Of a stretch of 32,000 nucleotides of DNA, positions 23,970 to 32,000 are shown in pieces; positions within the stretch are counted from its first letter, which is position 1, and every line of letters starts with the position of its first letter. The translations under genes and the position numbers were made by a program. This stretch comes from Candidatus Methylomirabilis oxygeniifera (GTDB taxonomy: Bacteria; Methylomirabilota; Methylomirabilia; Methylomirabilales; Methylomirabilaceae), in contig FP565575.1 in assembly GCA_000091165.1 (NCBI GenBank), positions 960,001 to 992,000 on the forward strand, written 5' to 3'. The notes under the pieces are model-generated. The model worked only from the letters and a program-made list of their open reading frames with translations, was not told where the DNA came from and did no database searches.

Positions 23970-25694
23970 CTAGTCGGATCTTGCCGACGGGGCGCGATCC
24001 TGCGGAAGACAATCTTCGCGAACGCCTGGCGGGCTGTACTCATACGGGCCGCGGTAGACGGTCGGGATCGTGTCTCCCCAGTTGCCGTGAGGGGGAGGCG
24101 AGGCGGCAGTCCACTCCAGGGTTGCTGACTTCCAAGGGTTATCCTCGGCCTTCCGCCCGGCCACGATACTCCAGATAAAGTTGATCAGAAACAGAAACTG
24201 AGCGAGCGTGAGCCCAAGTGCGCTGAGCGTAATGTACACGTTCAACGATTGAACCGGTTGCAGGAACTCGTACTGGAGCGGGTTTGCGATGCGGCGCGGC
24301 ATTCCGGCGAGGCCGACGGCATGCATCGGAAAGAACGTGAGATTAAAGAAGATGAGGGTCAGCAGAAAGTGGAGATGACTCAAAGGCACATTCATCATTC
24401 GACCGAACATCTTTGGAAACCAGAAGTAGATACCCGTGAAGCTGCCGAATATGACGACACTCAACAGGACGGTGTGAAAGTGGGCCACAACAAAGTAGGT
24501 ACCGTGAACCTGAATGTTGACCGGCGCGGACCCAAGGACGATGCCGGTGAGACCTCCGGTGATGAACATCGCGACGAAAGCCAACGCCCAGAGCATCGGT
24601 GGCGCAAACCGGATCGAGCCCTTCCACAGGGTGAGGATCATCGAGAAGACGATGAGCGCAATCGGTACGGAGATCAGGATGGTCGTGATGCTGAACGGCA
24701 TCGCCAGCCGGGGGTCCATGCCGCTGATGAACATATGATGGGCCCAGACGATCAGGCTGAGGAATCCGACCGAGATCGTCGAGTAGATGATCCACCGGTA
24801 GCCGAAGATCGATTTTCTCGAGAAGACCGCCAGCACCTCCAGCACCGCCCCCAGTCCCGGCATCAGGAGGACATAGACCTCCGGGTGGCCGAAGAACCAG
24901 AAGAGATGTTGCCAGAGCAGCGGATCGCCGCCTTGTTCCGGCACAAAGAAGCTGGTTCCCAACAGCCGGTCCATCAGCAACATCACGGCGCCGGCGATGA
25001 GCGGTCCTACGGAGAGCAGAAAAATGACGGAGGCGGTCAGAAGCTGCCAGATCATGAGCGGAAGGCGGTAAAAGGTCATCCCCGGCGCCCGCATGGTGAT
25101 GGCGGTCGTAAGAAAATTGACGCCGCCCATCAGGAATGAGGCAAATTCAAGCGCGTGGGCCAGCAGCCACAGGTTAATCCCCCAGTTCACACCGGTATAT
25201 TCGGCACGGGCGCTCAGCGGCGCATAGCCGGTCCAGCCCGCTGCGGCAGCCCCGCCTGGAACAAAGAAGGACGACACGATCACGAGCGATGATGCAAAGA
25301 GGATCCAGAAAGAGAGCATATTGAGCCGTGGGAAGGCCATATCCCTGGCGCCGATCATGAGTGGGATCAGGAAGTTGCCGAAGGCTCCGAGTAAGATCGG
25401 CATCGCCACAAAGAACACCATGATCGTACCGTGGTTCGTGGTGAGAGCATTGTATGTCTCCGGCCCCACAAATCCAAATCCAGGGATCGAGGTGTCCGGG
25501 AAGGCGAGTTGCCAGCGCATCACATAGACCAGGTAGCCTCCTATGAGCGCCATAAAGAGGGCGAGGAACAGATACTGCTTCGCGATCGTTTTGTGGTCGG
25601 TTGAGAAGATGTAGGTTCGCCAAAAACTACGGTCTGTATGTGCAGTAGGGGCGATGGGCAATGGAATAGGGTCGACTCTTTCGCGATGGCTCAC
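23970..25694 (-). CDS. ctaD: Cytochrome c oxidase subunit I
   Basis: 574 aa with 12 or more TM helices. WFFGHPEVYVL and VWAHHMF heme/CuB ligand blocks. The GTG start overlaps the subunit II stop (GTGA). Confidence 0.95.
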   Translation of the reverse strand: MSHRERVDPIPLPIAPTAHTDRSFWRTYIFSTDHKTIAKQYLFLALFMALIGGYLVYVMRWQLAFPDTSIPGFGFVGPETYNALTTNHGTIMVFFVAMPILLGAFGNFLIPLMIGARDMAFPRLNMLSFWILFASSLVIVSSFFVPGGAAAAGWTGYAPLSARAEYTGVNWGINLWLLAHALEFASFLMGGVNFLTTAITMRAPGMTFYRLPLMIWQLLTASVIFLLSVGPLIAGAVMLLMDRLLGTSFFVPEQGGDPLLWQHLFWFFGHPEVYVLLMPGLGAVLEVLAVFSRKSIFGYRWIIYSTISVGFLSLIVWAHHMFISGMDPRLAMPFSITTILISVPIALIVFSMILTLWKGSIRFAPPMLWALAFVAMFITGGLTGIVLGSAPVNIQVHGTYFVVAHFHTVLLSVVIFGSFTGIYFWFPKMFGRMMNVPLSHLHFLLTLIFFNLTFFPMHAVGLAGMPRRIANPLQYEFLQPVQSLNVYITLSALGLTLAQFLFLINFIWSIVAGRKAEDNPWKSATLEWTAASPPPHGNWGDTIPTVYRGPYEYSPPGVREDCLPQDRAPSARSD

Positions 25695-26395
25695 GGTTGA
25701 TCCGATTCCTTAATGAGGCTTGACTGGGATGGCCACTGTTCCTTTATCCACTTGTCATACTCCTCAGTAGTGTGGACGGTCAAATGTCCGACCATCCCGG
25801 AGTGGCCGAAACCGCAGAGTTCGGTGCAGGGGATCTCGAACACACCGATTTTGGTGGCCTGGAACCAGGCATGAAACTCTCGTCCGGGTATCACGTTCTG
25901 CTGCAGGCGCAAGTTCGGTAGGAACAGACTATGGATGACATCTTTTGACTTGAGGGTGACGCCGACAACCTTGTTCACCGGGACGTGGATCTCATTGTCG
26001 ATTTGCAAATCATCCGCCGATCCGAACCGGCCGTCAGGTCCTGGATAGAGGATCTCCCAGTTGAACTGCTTTCCTGTCACCTGTATCTGGAGTTCGCTCG
26101 GCGGCGCTTGCAGCTTGACCCTCGCCCAGGCATCGCCTCCGCGAAAGTCGATCCACAAGTCGAGCATCAGGACGAGTGCGGTCGGGACGAGAATCCAAGC
26201 GGCCTGCGAAAGCTTCTCGCCCGTGATGTAGGCGGCACGCTTCCCCGCGCGGTGGCGGAAGAGCAGCGCGAAAACGATAAGGGCTCCAACCGTCACGATG
26301 AACCAGGCCAGCGTGATGTAATAGATCATCCAGAAGAGCGAGTCGATCTCCGCCCCATAGGTTGAGATATTCTCTGGGAGCCAGTTTAGGAACAT
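25691..26395 (-). CDS. coxB: Cytochrome c oxidase subunit II (CuA domain, no fused cytochrome c)
   Basis: Two N-terminal TM helices, DVIHSLFLP, and the CuA motif CTELCGFGHSGM. Confidence 0.92.
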   Translation of the reverse strand: MFLNWLPENISTYGAEIDSLFWMIYYITLAWFIVTVGALIVFALLFRHRAGKRAAYITGEKLSQAAWILVPTALVLMLDLWIDFRGGDAWARVKLQAPPSELQIQVTGKQFNWEILYPGPDGRFGSADDLQIDNEIHVPVNKVVGVTLKSKDVIHSLFLPNLRLQQNVIPGREFHAWFQATKIGVFEIPCTELCGFGHSGMVGHLTVHTTEEYDKWIKEQWPSQSSLIKESDQP

Positions 26396-26538
26396 CGCTC
26401 GCGCGCCTCGGTTCCATTCGTCACGTTATGATAGCCATTCAGTGTAAGAAGTATTCAAGGCGTTTCTAGCATTCGCCTAAGAAGGTGTCAATGTTAATTC
26501 CGTAAAGGTACCGGTTTCCCGAAAGTAGCATTCAGTGG

Positions 26539-26625
26539 TCAGCGCTCAGCCGTAGGTCGGGTTAGCGTAGCGTAACCCGACAACTCAGCCAGATTGAAGG
26601 GGATGTCAGAAGAGCTGAGCGCTGA
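26539..26625. repeat. Nested palindromic repeat cluster between the DUF748 gene and the cox operon
   Basis: A 12-bp inverted repeat TCAGCGCTCAGC (26539-26550) / GCTGAGCGCTGA (26614-26625) encloses a 9-bp-stem hairpin GTCGGGTTA (26556-26564) / TAACCCGAC (26573-26581). Heptamer-like GCTGAGC periodicity is visible at the right edge. Confidence 0.75.
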
Positions 26626-26641
26626 AAGCCGAGCGCTTCAT

Positions 26642-29641
26642 TTAGCGGATCCTGAAATCAACGCGGCTTTGCTTCAGCGCGTTGCGTTTCTCAGGCGCGA
26701 GCGACTTGGGTTCGATAATGAACAGGCGTTCCGATTCGACCTTATTGGATTGCAGGATGGCCTCCTTTACCTTCAGGGCGCGGTGAGCGACCAGCAGCCG
26801 CAAGTCGTCATCGGTGATCTGAATGTGGGTCAGCATCAGCTTCTCCATTTCTGGAATCGGGAGATCTTTTGCAAAGCCTAAGATGTTGCGTGGCTTGGGA
26901 AATGTTTCCGCTTTGTACGCCAGTTTCAGGTATGGCTCGTACTCAGCGGGTTCAAGGCTCAGTTCGTCCGCCGGGATCGACGGCTGCCCTTGCTTGAGGC
27001 GCTGTTTGAATTTCTGAACCTTCAGCTTTCTCATGAACTGACCCTGCCGCAGTCCTTCTCTGTCCTTCTCAATATCAGCATGGCCTTCGATGTCGAGCTT
27101 CAGCGTGGGCCGCTCATACAGCGCCTTGACCAGCGTCTCAATTTTTTTGGCGTTCGCATCCGAGACGGTCGCGGTCCCTGGTTCGTACTCAAGATATCCC
27201 AGTTCTTCCCCACCCCCCATCAGTGCTCCGAGCAGGGCGAATGGAGCCGTCGCCGCTTTTGCGATGAGGTTGACGAGGATCTGTAGCACGACCTTCCAGA
27301 CGCTGAACTGAGGATCATCGAGGCTGCCGCTTACCGGGAGATCAAGATGGATCTCGCCATTTCTATTCTTAAGCAAGGCGATGGCCAATCTGACCGGCAA
27401 GTTGGTTGCGGTCGGACTTTCCACCTGCTCCCCCAGGGTAAACTGATCCAGAAACAGAGTATTTGTGGAATCCAGCTTCCGTTTGGCAATCTGATAATTC
27501 AGATCGAAGGAAAGCTTGCCCTTCTCGATCGTGTAGCCGACATATTTTCCGGAGTAAGGGGTCATGGGACTGAGGTCCATGTCCTTGAACCTGGCCTTCA
27601 GGTCCACATAAAGGTCTTCGCGCAGCGGATTGATCTTCCCCACGATCTCAAGGGGCGCAAACTGATTGACCTTGCCCCTGAGTTCAACATCCGCAAGAGT
27701 AGTTTCACCTGACGACAGTCCGGACACCCTCCCACCGAGTTCTGCCAAGTCCATGGAATAAGGCGGTTTCACTGAAGCGTCCGAGAAACTAATGCGTCCG
27801 CCTTGAAGCGTAATCGTCCGGATCCGGACATCGGTGCCGGCTTGACCGGAGGTCTCAGCAGTGGTAGGCGGCGGGGTGGTCGTTGACGTATCCGGGGACG
27901 CCGGCTTTTCCTCGCGGGTTCCCTTCTCCATAATCTGGGCAAGATTGACCGAGCCATCCGGATGAACAATCAGACGGGCATAGAAGTCGGTTAGCGCAAC
28001 CTTAGCGATATGGACGTATGTCGGATTGTAGCCGACATCGAGGTCGCCGAACGCGAGCGACTGCCAGGCGAGGAACTCCTGCGCGTGCGCCTTATCGACT
28101 GATCCGAAGCCGGCGACGGACAGTTTTCCCCTGTAGGCAGCCTGCATACCGGAGCCTTCCGGGTAGCTTAACGACAGATTGCCGTCGGTTGACAGGGCGC
28201 CTTTCGTGACGTGGATCTTGACCCGATCAGTGAAATAGGGTTGAAATGGGCGGAGATCGATCGCTTTGACGCGTACGGCCAATTGGGCGGATAGTGGCGT
28301 CAGACCGAGCGGACCCTCAACTGAGGCCGTTCCCCCCTTGTTCAGGCGAAAAGAGACGGCGGTTGTACCCTGGCGGCCCGTTGCGGTCGAGAGGTTATCG
28401 AGCCTCGCGTTGATGTCCGAGGCTACGATGCCGACCGGCTCGGCAGGGGCGTCATCCCCGGAAGGCTTCTCAGTTTTGGATGGCATCCCCGCAGCCGCAT
28501 CCGAAAAGGAAAGTATCCCCTTACTCAGTTGAAACGCGTCGATATCCACTACGGCAGGGGCGGGCGCATCTTGAGCCTTGACATCGGTGGAGGAATCCGG
28601 ATTACGGGGAAAGAGGGACTGGATATTCGTTATCCCATTGGGATCGCGTCTGATGAACAGTTCCGGTGATTCCAGCGTTACGGATGCCACATGAAAGAGC
28701 CCGGCAAGGGGTTCCGTGGACGCGAGCGAGAGGTCCAGAAGCGGGAACGTAAGGAGCGGTTGCCCCTGCGCGTCGCTTACGGAGACCTGCCGCAGTGCGA
28801 AGCGACCTTCTACCGTCAAGGTCTGCCTTTGGTGTTGAACGAAGGAGAGTTGCGCCTTAACGGTCAACTTCCCTGAACGGATCTTGAAGTTGGCCTCGAT
28901 CGGTACATACGCGAGATAGTGGGGAATATCGAGATCGGCGATATCGATATCGAAAGTGGTCTGCCGAGAGGAGGCAAACGGTTTTGTCTTACCTTCAAGG
29001 GCATACTGACTGCCGTTGATCGTCGCCGACAATCGTGGTTCGACAGATGTCTCCAGGTAGTGGGGGAAGTTTGAGAGAAACGGGATCGCGATATTCGCGT
29101 CTCTGACGGTGTGACTTGTCTGCTTTGGCTGATCGATGAGGTCGACGCTGCCGCCTACGATCTGGATATTATTCAATGAAAACTTCGGCGGGGCAGCATT
29201 GCCGCCTTGATCCGAACTGCCTGCGCCCAAGAGATCGGAGAAGTTGTAGGAGCCGTCCTGATGGTGCACGATCCGAATATAGGGCCGGTCCAGGCGCACC
29301 TCCTTCAGGATCAGCGCCAGACGAAACGCGGAAAAACTCTGGAGATTAATGAAGAGTTGATCGAACGACGCGAACGTTTCGGGTGTCTCGCGGTCCTTGA
29401 CCGTGACACCTCTGATGGTGAGTGAGAGCGCGAAAGGATTGATCTTGATCTGTTGGATCGTGACCTCGCGGTGCAGCGTCTCCGACAATGTTCGTATCAG
29501 AAATGATCTCGCAAGCGGAGGCAGCCCAAAGAACGCAAACAGTATCATGGCAGCAAAGACCGCGCCGAACCAGATGAGTAGTTTCCGGAAACGGTGCAGG
29601 GGCGACAGTCGGCCCAAGAACGATATCGTCGAAGGGCTCAT
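26642..29641 (-). CDS. DUF748 domain protein (AsmA-like large envelope protein), 999 aa
   Basis: An N-terminal TM anchor (LLIWFGAVFAAMILFAFFGLPPLA) is followed by the EVTIQQIKINPFALSLTIRGVTVKD repeat architecture typical of DUF748/AsmA-like proteins. There is a Thr/Pro-rich linker and a C-terminal region LEYEPGTATVSDANAKKIETLVKALYERPTLKLDIEGHAD. ATG 29641 overlaps the mscS-like stop (ATGA). Confidence 0.8.
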   Translation of the reverse strand: MSPSTISFLGRLSPLHRFRKLLIWFGAVFAAMILFAFFGLPPLARSFLIRTLSETLHREVTIQQIKINPFALSLTIRGVTVKDRETPETFASFDQLFINLQSFSAFRLALILKEVRLDRPYIRIVHHQDGSYNFSDLLGAGSSDQGGNAAPPKFSLNNIQIVGGSVDLIDQPKQTSHTVRDANIAIPFLSNFPHYLETSVEPRLSATINGSQYALEGKTKPFASSRQTTFDIDIADLDIPHYLAYVPIEANFKIRSGKLTVKAQLSFVQHQRQTLTVEGRFALRQVSVSDAQGQPLLTFPLLDLSLASTEPLAGLFHVASVTLESPELFIRRDPNGITNIQSLFPRNPDSSTDVKAQDAPAPAVVDIDAFQLSKGILSFSDAAAGMPSKTEKPSGDDAPAEPVGIVASDINARLDNLSTATGRQGTTAVSFRLNKGGTASVEGPLGLTPLSAQLAVRVKAIDLRPFQPYFTDRVKIHVTKGALSTDGNLSLSYPEGSGMQAAYRGKLSVAGFGSVDKAHAQEFLAWQSLAFGDLDVGYNPTYVHIAKVALTDFYARLIVHPDGSVNLAQIMEKGTREEKPASPDTSTTTPPPTTAETSGQAGTDVRIRTITLQGGRISFSDASVKPPYSMDLAELGGRVSGLSSGETTLADVELRGKVNQFAPLEIVGKINPLREDLYVDLKARFKDMDLSPMTPYSGKYVGYTIEKGKLSFDLNYQIAKRKLDSTNTLFLDQFTLGEQVESPTATNLPVRLAIALLKNRNGEIHLDLPVSGSLDDPQFSVWKVVLQILVNLIAKAATAPFALLGALMGGGEELGYLEYEPGTATVSDANAKKIETLVKALYERPTLKLDIEGHADIEKDREGLRQGQFMRKLKVQKFKQRLKQGQPSIPADELSLEPAEYEPYLKLAYKAETFPKPRNILGFAKDLPIPEMEKLMLTHIQITDDDLRLLVAHRALKVKEAILQSNKVESERLFIIEPKSLAPEKRNALKQSRVDFRIR

Positions 29642-30444
29642 GGCTCGGACACCAGACGCACCTCCCGTTGTGGAAACGGGATGGCGATGCGACTGTCCTG
29701 AAATCGTTCCACAATGGTCTGGTAAAGCTCCGCCTGGGCAGTCTCGTAATCGTCGACCTTGACCCACGGACGGACGGAGATGACGATGGCCGAATCATCG
29801 AGCATAGTGATACCCACCAGCGGAATCGGCTCCTTCAGCACATATGCGCTGTCCTCAAGTATCTGTCGCACGAGCCCCATCGTATCGTTCAGATCCGTGC
29901 CGTACGCGACGCCTACTTTCATGTTCATTTGACGCATGGCGCCAAAATTGTGCAGGATCTCTCCAACAATCTTGCGATTGGGAATAACGACCTTTGACAG
30001 ATCCGGATGAACGAGTATCGTTGAAAAAAGGTCGATCGACTTCACCTCGCCCTCCTCCCCTAGCACATCGATATACTCGCCGACACGGTACGGCTTTGTA
30101 AAAATAATCGTCAGTCCGGCAATGACGTTGCTTAAGACGCCTTGAAGTGCCAGTCCAAGGCCAATCCCCGCCACACCCAGGCCGGCGAGGAACGGGGAGA
30201 TCTGAATCCCCAGGTTATCGACGGCTACCACAAATGTCAGGAGAATCACGACCACACGGATCGTGCGGACGATCAGGATACGAACTGGAGGCTCAATCTG
30301 CTGGCGTGACACCCATGAGTGAACGACATTCCCGATCCATCGGGCCACGAGCAGACCGGCCGCCAGGATGATCATGGCCCCGAGAACCTTGAATCCGTAA
30401 CGGATGGTGAGGTCGATTACGAGGTCTGTCGGCGACATGGTCAT
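29638..30444 (-). CDS. MscS-family small-conductance mechanosensitive channel
   Basis: Three TM helices with the pore helix GLGVAGIGLGLALQGVLSNVIAGLTIIF, then KPYRVGEYIDV...GEVKSIDLFSTIL (beta domain). AGGAGA lies 10 nt upstream of the ATG. Confidence 0.88.
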   Translation of the reverse strand: MTMSPTDLVIDLTIRYGFKVLGAMIILAAGLLVARWIGNVVHSWVSRQQIEPPVRILIVRTIRVVVILLTFVVAVDNLGIQISPFLAGLGVAGIGLGLALQGVLSNVIAGLTIIFTKPYRVGEYIDVLGEEGEVKSIDLFSTILVHPDLSKVVIPNRKIVGEILHNFGAMRQMNMKVGVAYGTDLNDTMGLVRQILEDSAYVLKEPIPLVGITMLDDSAIVISVRPWVKVDDYETAQAELYQTIVERFQDSRIAIPFPQREVRLVSEP

Positions 30445-30509
30445 AGCGTAGGTCTCTCCTGCCTGTTGTGGTTCATCGGTAGTACCCCTCTTCCAGACCG
30501 CTACTCCGG

Positions 30510-31280
30510 TTATCTGGAGAAGACCTCTTTGAGAAGATCGGTCACGCGAGCCGTCGGATCGGTCCTGATCTTGCGTTCCTCTTCACCCAATACATGGAAC
30601 AGTCCGCCGAGACCCTGAGAGACGACATACTGATCGATGTCAAATGCCGTACTCTTTACGAAAGGGATGGATTGATACAGCGCGATCAGGTCCTTGTATT
30701 GCCGAACGACGCCGACCTCATTCATCGTCTGCTCGACGACCGGCCGAAAGGCGGCGATCAACTGGTTCGAGGTCTTGACCTTAAAGTAGTCTGTGGCTGC
30801 CGTCTCGCCTCCGGCGAGGATCGTACGGGCATCATCGAACGTCATCGCAGAGAGGGCATCGGTGAAGATCTGCGCAGCGGCTGGAGCCGCCCGCTCAGCA
30901 GCCTGATTCATGCTTTGTATCAACGCATCTACCTGATAGCCGTACCCGGCCATCCGCATCGTGGTCTCCAGCATTTGAAGTTGTTGCGGCATCAGAATCC
31001 TGATCGCCGGGTTGCCGAAGTATCCATTCGACCTCCCGGTCAACGCAACGGCATTCTGCGTGCCGATCCGTAACGCCTCTTTCAGGCCTGAGCCGATCGT
31101 TCCAGCATCGAGCCCGTCCTGCGGGCCTGACCCGAAGCCCGTGAAAGGCTGAGTGAAGGGCCACCATCGGGGAGCCGGAACATTCTGCCCTTGCGCGGCT
31201 GCCTGTTGTCGATCGGCGAGGATAAGCGTCAGGAGGCACAGGACGAGTGTAGCACATCGTGTTCTAAATTTCTTTTGCAT
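30510..31280 (-). CDS. DUF4197 secreted or periplasmic protein
   Basis: Signal peptide KKFRTRCATLVLCLLTLILA. GLKEALRIGTQNAV...GYFGNPAIRILMP resembles the DUF4197 signature. ATG 31280 lies 6 nt after AGGAGG; the track start at 31286 is a TTG inside that spacer. Confidence 0.75.
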   Translation of the reverse strand: MQKKFRTRCATLVLCLLTLILADRQQAAAQGQNVPAPRWWPFTQPFTGFGSGPQDGLDAGTIGSGLKEALRIGTQNAVALTGRSNGYFGNPAIRILMPQQLQMLETTMRMAGYGYQVDALIQSMNQAAERAAPAAAQIFTDALSAMTFDDARTILAGGETAATDYFKVKTSNQLIAAFRPVVEQTMNEVGVVRQYKDLIALYQSIPFVKSTAFDIDQYVVSQGLGGLFHVLGEEERKIRTDPTARVTDLLKEVFSR

Positions 31281-31355
31281 CGCCAACCTCCTGTGTGGAC
31301 GCGAATGATCGGCCTTGCGACGCGCCGATCAGGCGAAGACTGCGCCATGGTCCCT

Positions 31356-31790
31356 TTAGATTGCAGATGTGCAGTAAGCGCAGCGCGTGGCCTCCAGGTG
31401 AATACTAGACAGACAGTGAGGGCACGACTTTGTCGTCGGTGCGACCGGCGCTGCTTCAGGCTTCCTTTTCATGCGGTTGATTTGCCTGATCAGCAGGAAG
31501 ATCGCAAAGGCCACGATCAGGAAATCCGACACGGTGTTCAGGAACACTCCGTAATTGATGGTGGCCGCACCCGCAGCCTTGGCTGCGGCGAGCGTTGGAT
31601 GGTTATTGCCGGAGAGATCGACGAACAGGCCGGAAAAATCGGCCTTGCCGACCAAGAGGCCGACGGGGGGCATAAGAATATCGGCTACAAAAGAACTGAC
31701 GATCTTGCCGAAGGCGGCGCCGATAACGATCCCGATGGCCATGTCGAGGACATTTCCGCGCATCACGAATTCTTTGAACTCCTTAAGCAT
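31356..31790 (-). CDS. mscL: Large-conductance mechanosensitive channel MscL with a C-terminal CxxC...CxxC tail
   Basis: [42 protein letters not shown] is a canonical MscL N-terminus. AGGAGG lies 7 nt upstream of ATG 31790. The C-terminus is [24 protein letters not shown]. Confidence 0.92.
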   Translation of the reverse strand: MLKEFKEFVMRGNVLDMAIGIVIGAAFGKIVSSFVADILMPPVGLLVGKADFSGLFVDLSGNNHPTLAAAKAAGAATINYGVFLNTVSDFLIVAFAIFLLIRQINRMKRKPEAAPVAPTTKSCPHCLSSIHLEATRCAYCTSAI

Positions 31791-32000
31791 CTTCGTCCCT
31801 CCTTTTGTATAGTAGCGCGTTATTGTGTCTGCCTCTACGGCGACAGAGGGCGTCGTGGTCGCGCTTTTCACAAACGGCTTTCAACGGCCCCAATTTATGA
31901 ACAAGGGTGAGGCGGCGGCGTATGCAGATCCCCCCAGGTGTCGTTGACCTGTGCGATACGCGATCAGTGAATTGTGCCAACACCCGGTTATGAAGCAATC

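Noticed and set aside
23965-24012. Upstream ATG 24012 as the cox subunit III start
   Set aside because: It would overlap ctaD by 43 nt and add a non-conserved, Gly/Arg-rich 16 residues. ATG 23964 sits right after an AGGAGA overlapping the ctaD stop. The choice remains uncertain.
31962-31980. Sigma-54 promoter (TGGCAC-N5-...) upstream of mscL on the minus strand
   Set aside because: The -24 TGGCAC is present, but the -12 element reads ACTGA rather than TTGC, and the spacing is off. This is insufficient for a call.

Overview
Moderately GC-rich bacterial chromosomal window, mostly housekeeping and respiratory genes. By eye I found no rRNA, tRNA, CRISPR array or prophage. Many genes are joined by ATGA, GTGA or TGATG start/stop overlaps.

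Gene order, left to right:
- (1) An NAD-linked molybdopterin formate dehydrogenase pair: a NuoF-like subunit and a Cys-type alpha subunit.
- (2) A 380-bp unexplained spacer, then a stand-alone YedF-C-terminal/DsrE-like sulfur/selenium relay protein.
- (3) A five-gene oxyanion uptake operon: modA-modB-modC plus a second TupB-like permease and a TOBE-ATPase with no second binding protein.
- (4) DUF465-moaC (translationally coupled), an AcuC/HDAC-like deacetylase and a small zinc-ribbon protein.
- (5) A DgcZ-like CZB-GGDEF diguanylate cyclase on the minus strand, cleanly split by an intact 1267-bp IS3-family element.
- (6) selA, followed by the conserved tmk-holB-PSP1-metG-tatD block.
- (7) On the minus strand, a ThiO-like oxidase and an aa3-type cytochrome c oxidase operon (subunits II, I, III, IV).
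- (8) On the minus strand, mscL-DUF4197-mscS-DUF748 (AsmA-like, 999 aa).

Several families of short palindromic or heptameric repeats occupy intergenic sites. One 66-nt heptamer block lies in frame inside holB.

I did not find a recognisable defence, toxin or retroelement system. The best second-look candidates are:
- the IS-split zinc-sensing cyclase;
- the heptamer/G-quadruplex insertion in holB;
- the mechanosensitive-channel/AsmA-like cluster;
- the FDH cluster, which has a YedF-like relay protein and no fdhD;
- the hybrid mod/tup operon.

All functional calls rest on motif recognition by eye. No searches were run.
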